Shown here: in pieces, positions 1 to 14,244 of the stretch
Position numbering within the stretch: the stretch's first letter is position 1
Layout: each line of letters starts with the position of its first letter
Assembly: GCA_964016885.1 (NCBI GenBank)
Contig: OZ024746.1
Span: 72,168,001 to 72,232,000 of the forward strand
DNA from: Eledone cirrhosa
Taxonomy: Eukaryota
Direction: 5' to 3'
Length of the DNA: 64,000 nucleotides
Position numbers and translations under genes: made by a program
Notes under the pieces: generated by a model
The model's input: only the letters and a program-made list of their open reading frames with translations
Told to the model about the DNA's origin: nothing
Database searches by the model: none

Positions 1-931
1 TTGCTGGTTTTGCAAGGAGTCATAGCGTGTTTCATAGCGAGGGCTTCTGACTTGAACAACACCGAAATGGTGCCGTACTGCCTGCCCCTCTCTATGTACT
101 GATGCACCTCAGCGCGACTTCGACATCTTCTTGTGGGATTAAAGCTGCCCTTTTGGTTTGTGCTGAGATGCATCTATAATGCACCGTTTTGCGGTCCACT
201 GCCTCAATAGCTTCTACCAGGACAGTTAAGTTGGCCCAAGTTTGCTTTTGCTTGATGAGCTTCCATGCCTGGGCCAACTTTTCATCTTTGTTTGAGAGGT
301 CCATGTTGAAGCATGGCATCTTTTTTGCTGCTGCCGCAGCGAAAGTGTTCTTCTTGTTTTCGTTGGGGGTGTTGTTGTCGTTGTTCTTGTTGGTGTTGTT
401 GTTAGCACTGTCGCTGTTATCATTGTTGTCTTTGTTGCCACCGTTGTTCTCGGTGCAGTTGGTATTGTTGCTGTTGGTGGTGTCGCTATTTGTTTTCATG
501 TTAGTGGTGTTGATATTGTTGTTGTATTTGTTATCTGTATTTTCGTTGTCGCTGTTACTGTCATTTTTTTCAAAATTAGAGTTCTTATTGGTATCATTGG
601 TGTCTTTGTTTACCTTATTTGTGGTGGTGTTTGTGTTATCAATGTGTGTTAATTTCGCTGTAGCGCTCCTTTCAACTTCTACGTCGTTGTCGCACGACAG
701 CCGTCATATCGCTGGGGGGCGTGGCTCAGCCATGTTTTTTTTCTTCGTAAATTTTTTAACATGTAAAAAAAAGTTCAAATATTTGGGCCAAAAGGCCCAA
801 ATATTATACTTTCCCCTTCACGGGGCAAAGTCTAAGGGTTTATATCCCTTACACAAGAAATATTTAACAACAAATAATTTTAACAGGCAAATAAAGCGAC
901 TTACTGTGAGCGAGCAAAATACGTCCGCTTA
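1..931 (-). mobile_element. 5' end (5'UTR plus degenerate Asn-rich ORF1) of a probable Tx1/L1-like LINE running off the left edge
   Basis: Minus-strand ATG at 733 (MAEPRPPAI, then a stop); ORF 92..499 is Asn/Thr-rich followed by TFAAAAAKK...; abuts the (TTA)n 3' tail of the next element. Confidence 0.55.
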
Positions 932-935
932 GACC

Positions 936-3900
936 AATAATAATAATAATAATGCTTTCTTTATTAACCACAAGGGTTTACATAAAGTAGACATTAAGGT
1001 CAGTACAGGACAATACAGGACGGTACAAATGGGCATTTCTGCGTGTAAAAAAACAAAAACAGAGGATGTAACAAAAAAATAACAATGAAAAATTCCCCAA
1101 TAGGGGGGAGACTTCCGAGGGACATTTGTGGAGAAAGCCCATTAAAAGGCCACAGTGACCCTGACCACCAGGGCAAGTGCCCTCTCCCAGTTTTCCACCT
1201 TTAATTTACAGACACATACTCAGAGTAGGCCCATTCACTCGGGCATTCTTGCTTCTCTCACCCATATTTCAACAAAATGCTGGGAAAAGTGCACTTCCCT
1301 CTCTACCCTGATTTTTCTTTTCAAATGAAATTTGAAAAAGTTAATCAGGGTATCACCGAAGAGGTAAGTGCTCGTCTTCAGCCCTTTCAAACGTGTCCAC
1401 CATACTACCTTTTTCGCCATGGCCACCAGAGAGATACAAAATGCCTGCCCTTCCCGGCTAAAGGAAGAGGGCGGGGCAATCCACACGATGGACTTCGCTT
1501 GACCCAGGACTGCAGCTCAGTCAAGGAGACGAGCTGGGGAAAGACGTGTCTAGCAAACGGCGACCACACCTGATCACCGTCGAGGAAGAGGTGGAGATTT
1601 CGTAGCCTGAGCACGTGTCTGCGCATCATCAGCCACGGCATGCCCAGCCCTCCACGTAGCGGGTGTTGACAGCAGATGGACCGCCTGACCATCGGAGCGC
1701 GTCCCTTCCACAAAAAGCGAAAGAGCAAACGCTCCAGCGCAGTCAGGCGAAGCTTAGGACAAGGTTCGACGGTCAGGCGGTAGTAGATGACGGACGCGAT
1801 GTACGCGTTAGCCACCTCCGCTCGACCTTTCAGGGATAGCTTCCTCTCTGCCCATTTCTGGGTGAGAGAAGCCACCCTGCTCGTCATCTCGTCCCAGTTT
1901 TGTCCGTCTGGAGGTCCGGACCGAACCAGACCCCTAGCAATTTTTCCGGTCCGTCCGTCCAGCGCCCGATGACGCTGTTTAACGGCATGGACCTGCCTCT
2001 CCAGGTGCCGAGCTGCAGGACCACTGACTTTTCCTGGTTGATCATTGCTCGTCACCGCTTCATATTCTCTTAGTGTAGTGCCGATCCCCTCGATGTGTTT
2101 GGCGTTCGACACCACTACGGTGACATTGTCCGCATATGCTAACATGGATCTTCCGCATCCTAGTTCGCGCGGGACTCCCCTCAACGTCTCCAGTTTGTGC
2201 AGTAATGGGTCGAGAGTCAATACGTACAAGAGGGACGAGAGGGGACATCCTTGGCGGACTGAGAGCATGATGTTGAACGGTTCCGAAAGGTGACCGTTCA
2301 CTCTCACCACAGAGCAGATGTCACTGTGCATGGCAGCGATCCAGCCTCTGAAGACGGGCCCAAAGCCAGCCGCTCTTAGGACTGCCGCTAGGTAACGATG
2401 GCCGACCCTATCGAATGCTTTCGACTGATCTAAATTGATCAAGGACCCACCCATGACAGGTTCCTAGCTCCCCTCTCCACGATGTATCGCATGAGGTGGA
2501 GGTTGTCGTGGATTGATCTGTCTGGAATGGCGCATGTCTGCGCCTCTCCCACCAGACCACCAACGATAAGCGCCAACCTCTTTGCTAGCACCTTTGCCAA
2601 AATCTTGAACTCTGTGTTTAGCAGAGTTATGCGCTTGAAATTATCTATGTTATCGCCCTTGTTCGGATCATTTCTCAGCAGCGCCATCGCTCCTCGGCTC
2701 ACAGAGCTGGGAATTCTCCCGTTCTGTTGCCAGTTGCAGTAGACTTCCGCCAAGAGCCCGCCGAACAAGTATGGCATCTGTACGTAAAGTTCATAGGGCA
2801 GACCATCAAAACCAGGCGATTTACCCCTTGTGCAGCTAGTCATTGCCTCCCGTACTTCAGCGGCTGTTATTGGCTTTTCGCAACACTTCGCCTCAGTGGG
2901 CGAGAGCCGCGGCAGTCCGTCGAGGTAGGCAGTAAAGTCCATCCTTCGATCCGGCCCGCCGCTGCCCCCGAACAGCTGAGGGAAGTGTCGCTGAAAAGCT
3001 TCACACATTTGCCCAGGATCGAGTAGCTTGCGCCCGTCGTGGTCCACCAAAGACCGGGTCGTGGCTTTGTTGCCACGACGCGCCTCTGCCACTCGGGCCC
3101 ATTGAACGGCTTTCGTCCCCTCGTGTCTGAGAGCACGCACCCTAGCTCTGACAACGAAGCCTTCGTGCTTTGCATTGAAGAATTGGTCAAGGGCCAATTT
3201 CGCCGCAAGTACGTCGGTCGCGATGCCTTTACTAAGCGCCTCGTCTAATTTTCTAACTAGTTCTCCCTCTGCTCTATTTTTCTCTATTGCTAAAGCCTTA
3301 CTAAACCTAATGGACTCTATTCTAATCGCTTTTCAGAGAAAAATACCATTTGTTGTTGACGATGACCCCCGTCAACGCCCGCTTAACTAGTTCGCTAATC
3401 CGGTCTCTGTAGACCATGCGCGCTGTTAATGACGCGTTTAGCTTCCAGTAGCCGGGTCCCTGTCTATGAAGCCTATCTAAGTCAACCTTACAGATCACGA
3501 ATTTGTGGTCCGTGTAGTCGACTATTTTGAAATGTGGACAGCCTATGCTAGACCTATCTATTTCCCAACAAAATACCCTATCTAGATATGATCTGGATGA
3601 CCCGACGCGGTTTGTCCATGTCCACATTGGCATATTCGGAAAATCCAGGCGGTACCTGTCAGACAGTTGAAACCGTCTGAGCAGGTTTGCGACGCTTTTA
3701 TACCCTCCTCCCCTATCGCTAATCCCACACAGTCCCAGCGTGCATCTAAGATCTCGTTCCAGTCGCCCACTAACACTAAAGAGCGCGACGTTCCAAGAAA
3801 GGTTTCCAGACGCCGGAAGAAATCAGGCCGCGCTGCTCCTGTCGGGGCATAGACGGCCACTAGCCTGAAAGCTTGCCCGTCTCCGCTGGTCATGTCCAGT

Positions 3901-4575
3901 ACCACCAACTTACCTCTGTGTCCAGGAAGATGGCCCGTGTGGTGAGATCCAAACCTCTCCGAAAAAGCACAGCAACTTCTCCCCCCGATCCAGGGCGGCT
4001 GGGTGATGCGTACACATCGTAGCCGCCGAAGATCGGTGCGAAGGCTCGTGTTTCGGAGATTCTGGTCTCGCTGATAGCCACCACATCTGTGTTTAGTGAC
4101 CTGAGGTCGTTGAGCAGGTGGCCCTGCTTCCATGACGAACCCAGGCCACGCGCATGTATGCTGCCTATTCTGAGTGAGGTCATGTTAAAAGGAGTGGAAA
4201 AAGATGGGAAAGACCACTTACTTCACTACTCGTAGAGGAAGGATGGTTTCCCCATCCTTCTCACTACTTGAGGCCTCCCCGGAAAGGATATCCTTATAAA
4301 TCCTCCTGGAGAGTGTTTGTCGGAAGTCTCCGATGTCCTTGGGGAATTTTTTTTAGTGTCGTGTACGTTTTCTGTGTGATGCGAGTGATTTGTATGTGTG
4401 GAGGTGGTGTGAATTTTTGGGGTGTTGTGTAGTCTTTTTCTGTGATGCTGGTGTTGTGTTGCATGTAGTGTAATAATTGGTTGTTGTTCAAATTTAATGC
4501 TGTGTAGTTTTGGTTGTTTTGTTACTAAGATGAAGCCTTCATTACTAAGATGAAGCCGTTGAAAGGTTGTCACCA
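936..4575 (-). mobile_element. Tx1/L1-clade non-LTR retrotransposon, 5'-truncated, frameshifted ORF2 (APE endonuclease + RT)
   Basis: Endonuclease motifs LRIGSIHARGL..DVVAISETR, VAVYAP, LVGDWN, SYLDRVF, YTDHK; WKLN; KSPGFDGLPYELY, RITLLNTEFKILAK; LDQSKAFDRV, VRQGCPLS, AYADN; aataaa and a (TTA)n tail at ~936-965. Confidence 0.9.
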
Positions 4576-4589
4576 AGGTGACTACAGAG

Positions 4590-4888
4590 TCCCATCTACC
4601 CCGGTTTTGAAATCAGAGTGATCCTTCTCCGAGACAGACTGCCAGGAAAGGCTAAGAGCTCTATCCGTTGTTTTTTTTTTGTTTGTTTTTTTCTTTCGTT
4701 TTACACATTATTAGATGGCCGTTGACTCTCTTGATTTCCTCCGCCCGATGACGGGTTTTGTTTTTCATCCCACAGAGTATCTCTAAATCAGCCTCCTCAT
4801 CAAGCAAGCTTGGTTTAGCCACCTACGATCCGACTATGTTACAGGTTGCACAGGGTTACATGCTACCAATTGCGCTTGAGAGCTACCA
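4590..4888. repeat. Dispersed repeat, probably a LINE 5'-region/SINE-like fragment; related copies at ~45020-45250 and ~48150-48555
   Basis: Shared blocks such as ccttctcc...aaaggctaag, gatggccgttgactc, cctcctca..aag, gggttacatg.taccа. Confidence 0.55.
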
Positions 4889-4889
4889 G

Positions 4890-4949
<60 letters not shown>

Positions 4950-5256
4950 ACAATGGACTTTCGATGTTTTGATAAGCTGTTATACAATGAGATCGAACCC
5001 ACGACCATATGGTTTCAAAGCCAATGCCTTAGCCATCTAACCATGCCTGTGTAGTCAACGAGGTATCATCTACTACATAGTCGCTGGTCTTGCTAAAATA
5101 AAAATAGCAGCCAATTGTCTTTAAAAAAAAAGATAAATGAAAAGGCATATTAAATAATGTATTCCTGTATACTTCTAAAAAGATACGATGATCATGGCTG
5201 GAATTATTTTCATCGGGAATATGTTTTATAAGTTATGACTTTGAGCTGGATATCTT

Positions 5257-5513
5257 AACCCTGTCGCTACCATATTTCTAATGAAACACAGTATGATTTC
5301 AGATAATTTTGAAAATAATCAAGAATTTAGAGAGATTTAATAATATAGCTAACTTTTTCGTTATTTAACTGGTGTTTATAACATAACTTCAAAAATGGTT
5401 TTTATATAAAATTATGATAGCAAATTTTCAGATAAATATAAACACTTTAAAATAAACAGATTTGTATCGTAAGACCAGGGCTGGTGTCTGGCGGTTTGGT
5501 ATCAAACGAGTTA
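5257..5513. mobile_element. Possible degenerate MITE with imperfect TIRs
   Basis: ttaaccctgtcgctacc ... ggtatcaaacgagtta; a similar AT-rich body at ~60020-60413. Confidence 0.35.
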
Positions 5514-6479
5514 TTCTCTACTAACCAAAAAATTCTCGATCTAGATTAATGGGGGGTGGGGTAAACAACACTAACAACAACAATAACAACATCAACAACA
5601 ACCATAACAATAACAACATTAACAACAATAACGACATCAACAACTAAATCAATGAGATAACTTACCACTTGGATCATTTACAAACGAAATGCGAAAAAAT
5701 ACAATCATCCAGCAAAATGAACCATGGAATTAAGAAATATCAGAACAGTCAATACAGAGAACGCCGTGTAAGATCCATTTAAGTTGGATGACATACTGAT
5801 CATCACGTGCTCAGAGTGTCACGTGTCCACAGAATCACGCGTAAGTTCGAATGAAAGTAAACGTCGCTACTGCAATTGTAGTGTTTCATTTTTTTGAATG
5901 TTACCTATAATGTGACCTGTATGTTTATTTAGCAGTGAGAAGCTAACAAAATAAAAAAATGTTTAGAACATGTAATATACGTGTAAGGGGCTCTGAATAG
6001 AGGTAGTAGCTTTAATATCCAATCGATACACTCCTTTTGAATGGATAGGTTCATCAATCCTCACCTACCCGCTAAAGCTCTCGCTAAACCCTGCGAGACT
6101 ACCTCAACTGACGGGCTAAATGACGTGAGGTGATGATAGTGGCACAACATCATTGGGCGGATGAATTTCTCTGACTTTAGAATCAACGGTTATGGTGGAC
6201 GTGGTTACTAAAAGAAACTCAACAGCCGCGTGTCCACGATCACAGCGAACGTTGTAGTTGAAGAATATTTATCGTGATCAAGCCCGGGATATTTGCCCAA
6301 TATACGCTGCAGAATGAACAATACAGTATCAAACCCGGAAAACGCCAGGAATTCACTCGCGTATTCGACAATTACACCCGTCACGTTTCGAAGTGAGCGA
6401 GGCAAGATGAAAACAAACCTGAAAATGCGCAACAGAGAAAGATCACACATGGATATACTGTGATGAACAGGGTAATCAC

Positions 6480-8030
6480 ATCAATTATGTAGGCCTTCTA
6501 GTGAATAGGAATGTAGAACGAGCCGTACTAAGATGGCGCCTGGGCCCCAGTGGACATATTAACATTCCACTGAAAGCAACACCATTTAGCATCATACTGG
6601 TACAAATGTATGCTTCTGCCTCAGACTTCTGTAATGAGATAATAGTGGAATTCTACTCCTACCTCCAAATCATCATATGGGAGGCGAATAAGAAGGATAT
6701 CCTGATCATCTAGGGAGACAGCTATGCAAAGGTTGACGTCTATTCGTTGCAAGACTGGAACACCTATTGTAGCTCATCTTGCAACAACATATCGAATTAA
6801 AAAGGACTGTGTTTGCTAGAATTCACTAGGTACAATAACCTAACACTGGATAACACATAGGGATAGCACAACGCATGTCAACATTGGATATGGCATGTAC
6901 CCGATGGAAGAGATCGCAATCAAATTGACTATATATATGTATCTGCCGGACGAACACCAGAACATTCCCAGGAGTGGACATTAGGAGCGATTACGACCTA
7001 GTAATCATAAACCTCAAAATGTGACTAAACAATGTCAACACCCTCAAGAAGATCAGACAAAAACTCAATCTGGACAATATCAGAAACCCAACCATCAAAG
7101 AAATATTCCAAGTTACTTTAGAAGGGAGGTTTGCACCACTACTGTTGCTAGAAGAGAATGATACTGATGCTGAAACTTCAACAAACAATTTCAACACAGT
7201 GATGGTTGAATCGGCATGTGATATACTAGGGATGCAACGCCACGAGAAGCAACGCTGAGTCACGAAGAACATCCTAGAACTGTACGACACAAGAGAGCTG
7301 AAAAAGCTTAAATACACTAGGAGGGGTGGAGAAGTGTAGAGAATAAAAAAAAAGAGATATGAAAACAGCGAAAGAAGAATGAATTAAAATAGAGTACATC
7401 TAAATCGAACAAAGCCTTAGCAGGAACAACAAAAAGAGGCCTATTCAACTTGTAAAAGCCTTACTGAAACTACGGTACCCGGAAGTCAGCTGCGTGCATG
7501 TCAGACAACGGAATCCCCTCATGCATAGTGAGTATATACTGAAAAGGAGGACTGAATGCAGCTCAGAACTTCACAACTACCAGAGTAGTAGAGACCATGG
7601 TGTATATATCTGCCTAGAATCAAAACGATATATGATTTTCAAATCCTAAAGAGAGAGGTCGAAGCAATCATATGAACACTGAAAACAGCAAAGGCCCAGG
7701 AATAGACGACATCCCAGGAGAGCTGATCCAGCATGGATGGAAAGTGGTTGTTGACATCCTTACCCGCATATGCAACAGAATCTGATTGAGAGGTAAGTGA
7801 TCAACCCTTGGGCGCATTAGCTAATAATTCCTTTTTCCAAGGAGAGCCATCTTAAACAGTGCTCAAATTATCATATATAAGCCTCGTCAATCCTGCCAGC
7901 AACGCCATGCTTAAAGTGATTCAGAACCGATTAAACTCATAAGCCAAAAAAAAATCACCGCGGAAGGATAAGGTGAATTTCGTAAGAGAAGAAACATCAT
8001 AGAGCAGATATTCAGTCTCCGGTGACTCCA
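6480..8030 (+). mobile_element. Decayed LINE (RTE/CR1-like) endonuclease-to-RT fragment
   Basis: Recognisable IILVQMYA, GD.YAKV, NQIDY, SDYDLV, GPGIDDIP, GEFRK...EQIFSLR motifs, broken by many stops and frameshifts. Confidence 0.75.
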
Positions 8031-8270
8031 AGTCAAAATATCAATTCTTGCTCGCTTGTGTGAGACGAGGCAAAACATAGAGAAGTGGTGGGTGAAGTGA
8101 TTGCTGGAATGGAATTAACGGGAAAGCTGGTGTGTCGTTGCTATATCCCAAGTCGTATGACTCTCAGATGCCCTACTAATCGATCTACCATACTGCAGCT
8201 TGTATTTCCGATGCAGAATGAATACCAAAGGGCATAGGTGACAATGGTGGGGGGTACAGGTGAAATACTG

Positions 8271-8361
<91 letters not shown>

Positions 8362-8471
8362 TTACTGGTAATAAGGTAGTAATAAATTACTGTCTTTCAC
8401 TGTTTAGGGTTTAAAATATATATAACTATAAAAGGTTTTACTGTATACATAACCATAAATAGTATCCTTAA

Positions 8472-8509
<38 letters not shown>

Positions 8510-8517
<8 letters not shown>

Positions 8518-10710
8518 ATAAATTTGCAGACTAAAATCCAAAGAGGGCTCGATAAGGATAAATATATATCAAATATATAATAACCATAGAGCAAATATTT
8601 ATTAAAATAACAGATTAAAGTTTAAGCAAAGAATCGCTGCTTTCACTCTTAACGGGACCTTCTGAAACTAAAAAAGTCAATCTGTGAACGCGGAAGTGAA
8701 TATTTCAAAAAACGTTGCAACCGGAGGAAGACAGGAAGACGATACTTTGGTTCGTGGAAATGTTCCCTGGCAAAGAACGGGAAAAAACGAATATAATACG
8801 TCATTATTTGGAGCGGTGAAAAATAATTGCACGCAACAAAATCACGTTTATGGTATAAAAGAATTCGTAGACTAATATTCTATTAGGTAGTTCATAGAGA
8901 CGTTCTCTGGCAATGAACGGAAAAAAACGAAGATAATACGTCATATGTGGAGCGGAGAGAACAATTGCACGCAAAGACAAAACCACGTAAATGGTATAAC
9001 TGAAGTCGTAGACTAGAATTCTAACTAGGAAACCGAATGATTCTCGGCTTCAGAGTTAAGAATAAAGTAAATAAAATACAGAGGTAATTGAAATTAAATA
9101 AATACATACACGCATACATAAACGTACATACACAAGCATACGCGAAAACACTCGCCATAGGTATACAAATACACGCACGTACACAAAAGAAAAAAAAAAC
9201 AAAAAAACCCACACGCACATACAGAACCCACGCAACGCCTGTACCCGCACGCATACGAATGTAACACCAAATACACATAAAAATATATATTAAAACAAAT
9301 ATCTATATATATATATGTGTGTGTGTGTGTGCGTGTATACATATAATTAAATAAACGTATATAAATAAATAAATACGTATATAACAAGCGCACACACATA
9401 CCTACATGTTAATACACATATTTTCGGAGACGTACGTCAACCAAAACACAAAGTACACATATACACACACCCTACATACGTACGAACCCGCATGCTCACA
9501 CAGACGCGAAACTCACGTATAAACATAACCAAAAGCATATGTACCAGAATATATAATATATACGCCATAACATATACAATCAAATGTACGTAGGAGAAAG
9601 TATACGTACCTTCACAAAACATACAGGTAATATATACTTACCATACAAATAAGTAATGGTATAAACATAACATATACTTAGCTACCACATCAAGACGTAA
9701 GATATCCGCGTATAGTTCGTACTATCCGTTAGGGTATAATGTGGGGCTGTAATACAGGAAAGTTTTGTGTAATTTATGTTTACAAGCCGAAATTGCCTCA
9801 GAGTTTTTGTTTAAGATGTGGTCTTTGGCGTAGAGTATTTCTAGGGCCTCAGCGGCGCAGAAGTCACATGGTCTTTTATTTCCGTTATACGATCTAGCCC
9901 TAGCTAGGATCTCCCAGTGTAACTTATATTGGGTGTGGTTGTCTTTTAGACTCCAGATATAAGCTGAAAGTGACGTCATATTCCTTCTTAAAGGGTAACG
10001 AAAAGAATGGGCATGCATGTAAAGACGCTGCTTGAATCTATTGGCGGTTAACCCTATGTAGGCCCTACGGGACGTGAGTGTTTCAACCTTACATTTGTAG
10101 ACAATGTTACTAGAGAGGCATTTCCCGGATAAGGGGCAGTCAACCCGATTCCTACAATTACAGTTAGTACTAACTACAGGGTTGCACGTGTTCCTACGGC
10201 TAGGTAGTTTAGCTAAATTTGAAGCTGTGATGTTATGTGCAAGGTTAGGAGTCGTAGAGTAAGACATTTTAATAGTATTTCTTTTAAAAATGTTACTATA
10301 TTTATGTGTAGGGGGAAAATCCTTCATAATAAGGGAGAGAAAGATCTTAGCTAATGGTGTGGCCACCTCCATATTATATGGTGGGTTATACCATATAATG
10401 CGTCGGGATCTATTTCTTCGAGGTCTATTCTCGTACTATGTATATGCTACCTTATCGACAAATTCACTCCGAGCAAGAGCTTCATTGTAATATGTGGAAT
10501 GGTCGTTGAAAATATGCTCGTTAGTAGATAGACGGGAAAGCCTCAAGAAACGTTTCTTACCGGGTTCTTGGTTATGCTGGCAGGATGGTTAGAATGCTTA
10601 CTTATGTAATTAAGCGTATCCAACCTCTCGGTCGTTAATTACCTCGACGTTACCCTCAATTTATCGAATGGCTTGCATTACCCGTATAGAAAGCCGAATG
10701 GTACGCTATG
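8510..10710 (-). mobile_element. Penelope-like element (PLE), 5'-truncated: end of RT, GIY-YIG endonuclease and pseudo-LTR
   Basis: ORF 9722..10372 has CNCRNRVDCPLSGKC, IVYKC...AYIGLT..FKQRL..H, CDFC..E, LNK.SE; closely similar to 55.0-57.1 kb; flanked by (TA)n. Confidence 0.9.
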
Positions 10711-10714
10711 ACCT

Positions 10715-10940
10715 CTTCAGACAGTTAGAAGCAACACATAGAAAACAAAGTTTTTCTTGGAGAAAGAATAACATCAGAGAAAAGTAAACTTTTGACGGTT
10801 ATTTTTACTTTCTGATATTGTGAGTTGTTGATGTTGTTATAACAACATCAAAATAACCGTTAAAACCTTACTTTTCTCTGATATTATTTTTTCTCCAAGA
10901 AAAACTGTTTTCTATTTGTTGGTTCTAACTATCTGAAGCT
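10715..10940. repeat. Imperfect inverted repeat (foldback, ~90-100 bp arms)
   Basis: cttcagacagttagaa..agaaaac..tttttcttggagaaa..atcagagaaaagtaa..acggttatttt is mirrored by aaaataaccgtt..ttacttttctctgat..tctccaagaaaaac..ttctaactatctgaag. Confidence 0.8.
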
Positions 10941-11204
10941 GTTGAATTGTGGCAATCGCCGATATATATATATATATAAATGAAAAGTATAGAAATTATT
11001 GTAGCGAGAAGCTAACAGTATTCCATAATATATATATATATATATATATATATAACGGTAATAAAAGAAGTAAATTATGAAATGTTGACTTATACCTCTT
11101 GTTTATAAATTTACTCCGGAGTTAACAGACCCGCTTGTGGACTTTGTTGAGTGCTCTACCTTGTACACTGAAATGTTGGTGTTAAACTAACATATAATCT
11201 GAAT

Positions 11205-11854
<650 letters not shown>

Positions 11855-12663
11855 AATAAAATAACAAGGACGATTGGTTACTCCTTCATTACGTTTATTG
11901 GTTGGTGACGCGCGTTTCGCCACTGATCAGCTCAAGGTTCGACCTGTATCGATCTGACCCGACTCTGTAATCCGCGGCTCGTTAGACCCCTTGTAATGTT
12001 AATGGAAAAAAGAATACATGCTGTATGATAAAGTCAGAAGTTCCTATGGTGGTCATTAAAGTTTGTTTTGATTGGTGGATTAACTCATAGGGATGTTTTT
12101 GCCTGTAGTGGATGTAGGTGGGTGTGTTGATAAGATGGTGGTGTCGGTTGCAGGTTGCAGTGGGTGGGGTGCTGGTTGTCGGTAGACAGTTTGGCATGTA
12201 GATGTGGCTGATTTTTGTGTGTGGTGTGGATGTGGTGTTGTTGTTTGTGATAAAGATGAAAGGTTGCAATGTTTATGGTGGTGTGATGATTGTGTTCGTG
12301 GTTTCGTTTCCACAAGGAGATACATATATAGACACACTTAGTCTGACAAATACGTTGTATACATACATATGTATATATATATAGAGAGAGAGAGCCAGTG
12401 GAGATGCCGGTTGTACAAATATACTTACACACAGACACACACAGATGCGTTGTTTAGGGAGGGATGATATGCGTTGGCGATGTTGGTGATATGCGTTGGT
12501 GATGTTGATCTTTATTACAAACAACAACACCACACCACACCGTCGAAACGGCTTGAGCTCAGCCGTCGGGGTCCTACTCGTTCCTATTACCCACTCTACT
12601 ACCCTAAGTATTGAGTACTTTGGTGCGTTATGGTCCACCTAGTTCCTTACCACATTTCCTTCG

Positions 12664-12709
<46 letters not shown>

Positions 12710-12844
12710 CAATAATGTAAACAACAGCAGCAACATCAACAATAACAACGGAAAGTAAATCAACAACAAAATAGTAAGCTTCACATTGTTTTTATGTCTT
12801 TGTAAGTCTACAGAAATGTTTAGTGTTAATACAAAATGAAATGG

Positions 12845-13885
12845 TTAAAAGTCTCTGTTATTGGAATATGGAAAAGAGGCATCTACATTGTGACGAAGTT
12901 GTGGTGGTGTAAAAAACTGTTGAGGTGTTGTCAGATTACGAAATTCTGGTAAGTTCCCTTGATGGAATCTAACAAGTCGATCTTGGTAGCTTTGATTGAA
13001 CGTAGGTGAATCTACTGCTGCTGGAAACATTGGCAACTGATTGTCAAAGGAATCACCAGCAGACAAAGAAACGACATTTGTGTAATTCGAACTCATAGTC
13101 GATTTTGGTGTCTTAAATGAGGACAAATTATTTTTTTCGTCGTGGATACGAGGAGATAACTCTGTGAAGGAATAATTCTTGAAGTTCTGCACATTTGTGT
13201 AAGAATTGCTGTTGATTCGTTGACTGGTGTGTATGTCGATGGAATTGATTGCTAAACCATTCTCCCACCGGTGAAGCATCCAGCTACCGGTGCCTATGTT
13301 TGATTTATTTGAGGGACCATAATTCTTAAGGGTAAAGATGGCAGTCGGTGTGATTTGATTTGGCGGGGATTTGATATCGTAGGCGCTGATAAAAATGTTG
13401 TTTTTAGACGATTTAGTCGGTTGTTGGGAAAGGCTTCTGTTTTTGTATTTATTTTGAGGATTACATAAAGAGGTTTTAGGTGATTTTGTTTTAACATGCT
13501 GTTTATTTTTCTTTTCATCGTCTACTATTTCGAAACACTCCGTTCTTACGGAATCGTCTGCTGTTTCAGATTCGTCTGGCTTTTTATTGTAGTCTGCAAT
13601 GACGTGGTTGTTTTCTCCCCTCATTAGATTAGCATGAGTCTTTCGCCCGCCATACTTATTATAGTTGTTAAACCGTTCTAATTCGTAGATAATACTTGTC
13701 AAGACTACAGTCGGAATCAGCTGTTCTTCTGCGGACTTAGGCTGAAAAGATGTAAAGGGGGTATAGGAAATTGAAGCTCCATGTGTAAATGGTGATGATT
13801 CTTTACCGTTTTTATCCACACTAGATTCAGTAGGTATTTTCTGTTTCCCGACAACTTCTTTCCTGCGTCGGTTCTGAAACCAAAC
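12845..13885 (-). CDS. PRD-class homeobox gene, last coding exon (VWFQNRRRKEVV... plus a long Ser/Asn-rich C-terminus, ends TAA)
   Basis: Acceptor ttttcttttataacttctag|GTT TGG TTT CAG AAC CGA CGC; in frame with ORF 12845..13819; 346 codons open. Confidence 0.92.
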   Translation of the reverse strand, partial: VWFQNRRRKEVVGKQKIPTESSVDKNGKESSPFTHGASISYTPFTSFQPKSAEEQLIPTVVLTSIIYELERFNNYNKYGGRKTHANLMRGENNHVIADYNKKPDESETADDSVRTECFEIVDDEKKNKQHVKTKSPKTSLCNPQNKYKNRSLSQQPTKSSKNNIFISAYDIKSPPNQITPTAIFTLKNYGPSNKSNIGTGSWMLHRWENGLAINSIDIHTSQRINSNSYTNVQNFKNYSFTELSPRIHDEKNNLSSFKTPKSTMSSNYTNVVSLSAGDSFDNQLPMFPAAVDSPTFNQSYQDRLVRFHQGNLPEFRNLTTPQQFFTPPQLRHNVDASFPYSNNRDF

Positions 13886-14244
13886 CTAGAAGTTATAAAA
13901 GAAAAGTAACAGAGTTATTGTTTAATTCAACCAGTCAAGATCAATCAGACCGCCGATCAAATGCATCTTTTTTTTTTTTGCACTAATTACTCAGGAGGGG
14001 GGGGGGGGGCACTATCAATAATCCTTTTCAGAGTCTCCGAGAGGGGCGGAGAGGGGCAGGTATCCTCAAACCGAAGAGTTCATTCAAATGCTTGCAACAG
14101 AGTGGACTCTACTAAACGCACCCAAGGACCAGCCACAGGGTTTGACTTTCATCTGCTTATGCCCTAAGTTATATGAAATTTGAGGCGCTTCTCTAAAAAA
14201 ATATTATTTTTTTTATATTCGTGTTAATGATAAAGAATAAATAT

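Noticed and set aside
189-932. 247-aa Leu/Val-rich plus-strand ORF that looks like a membrane protein
   Set aside because: Antisense shadow of the Asn-rich (AAC)n ORF1 region
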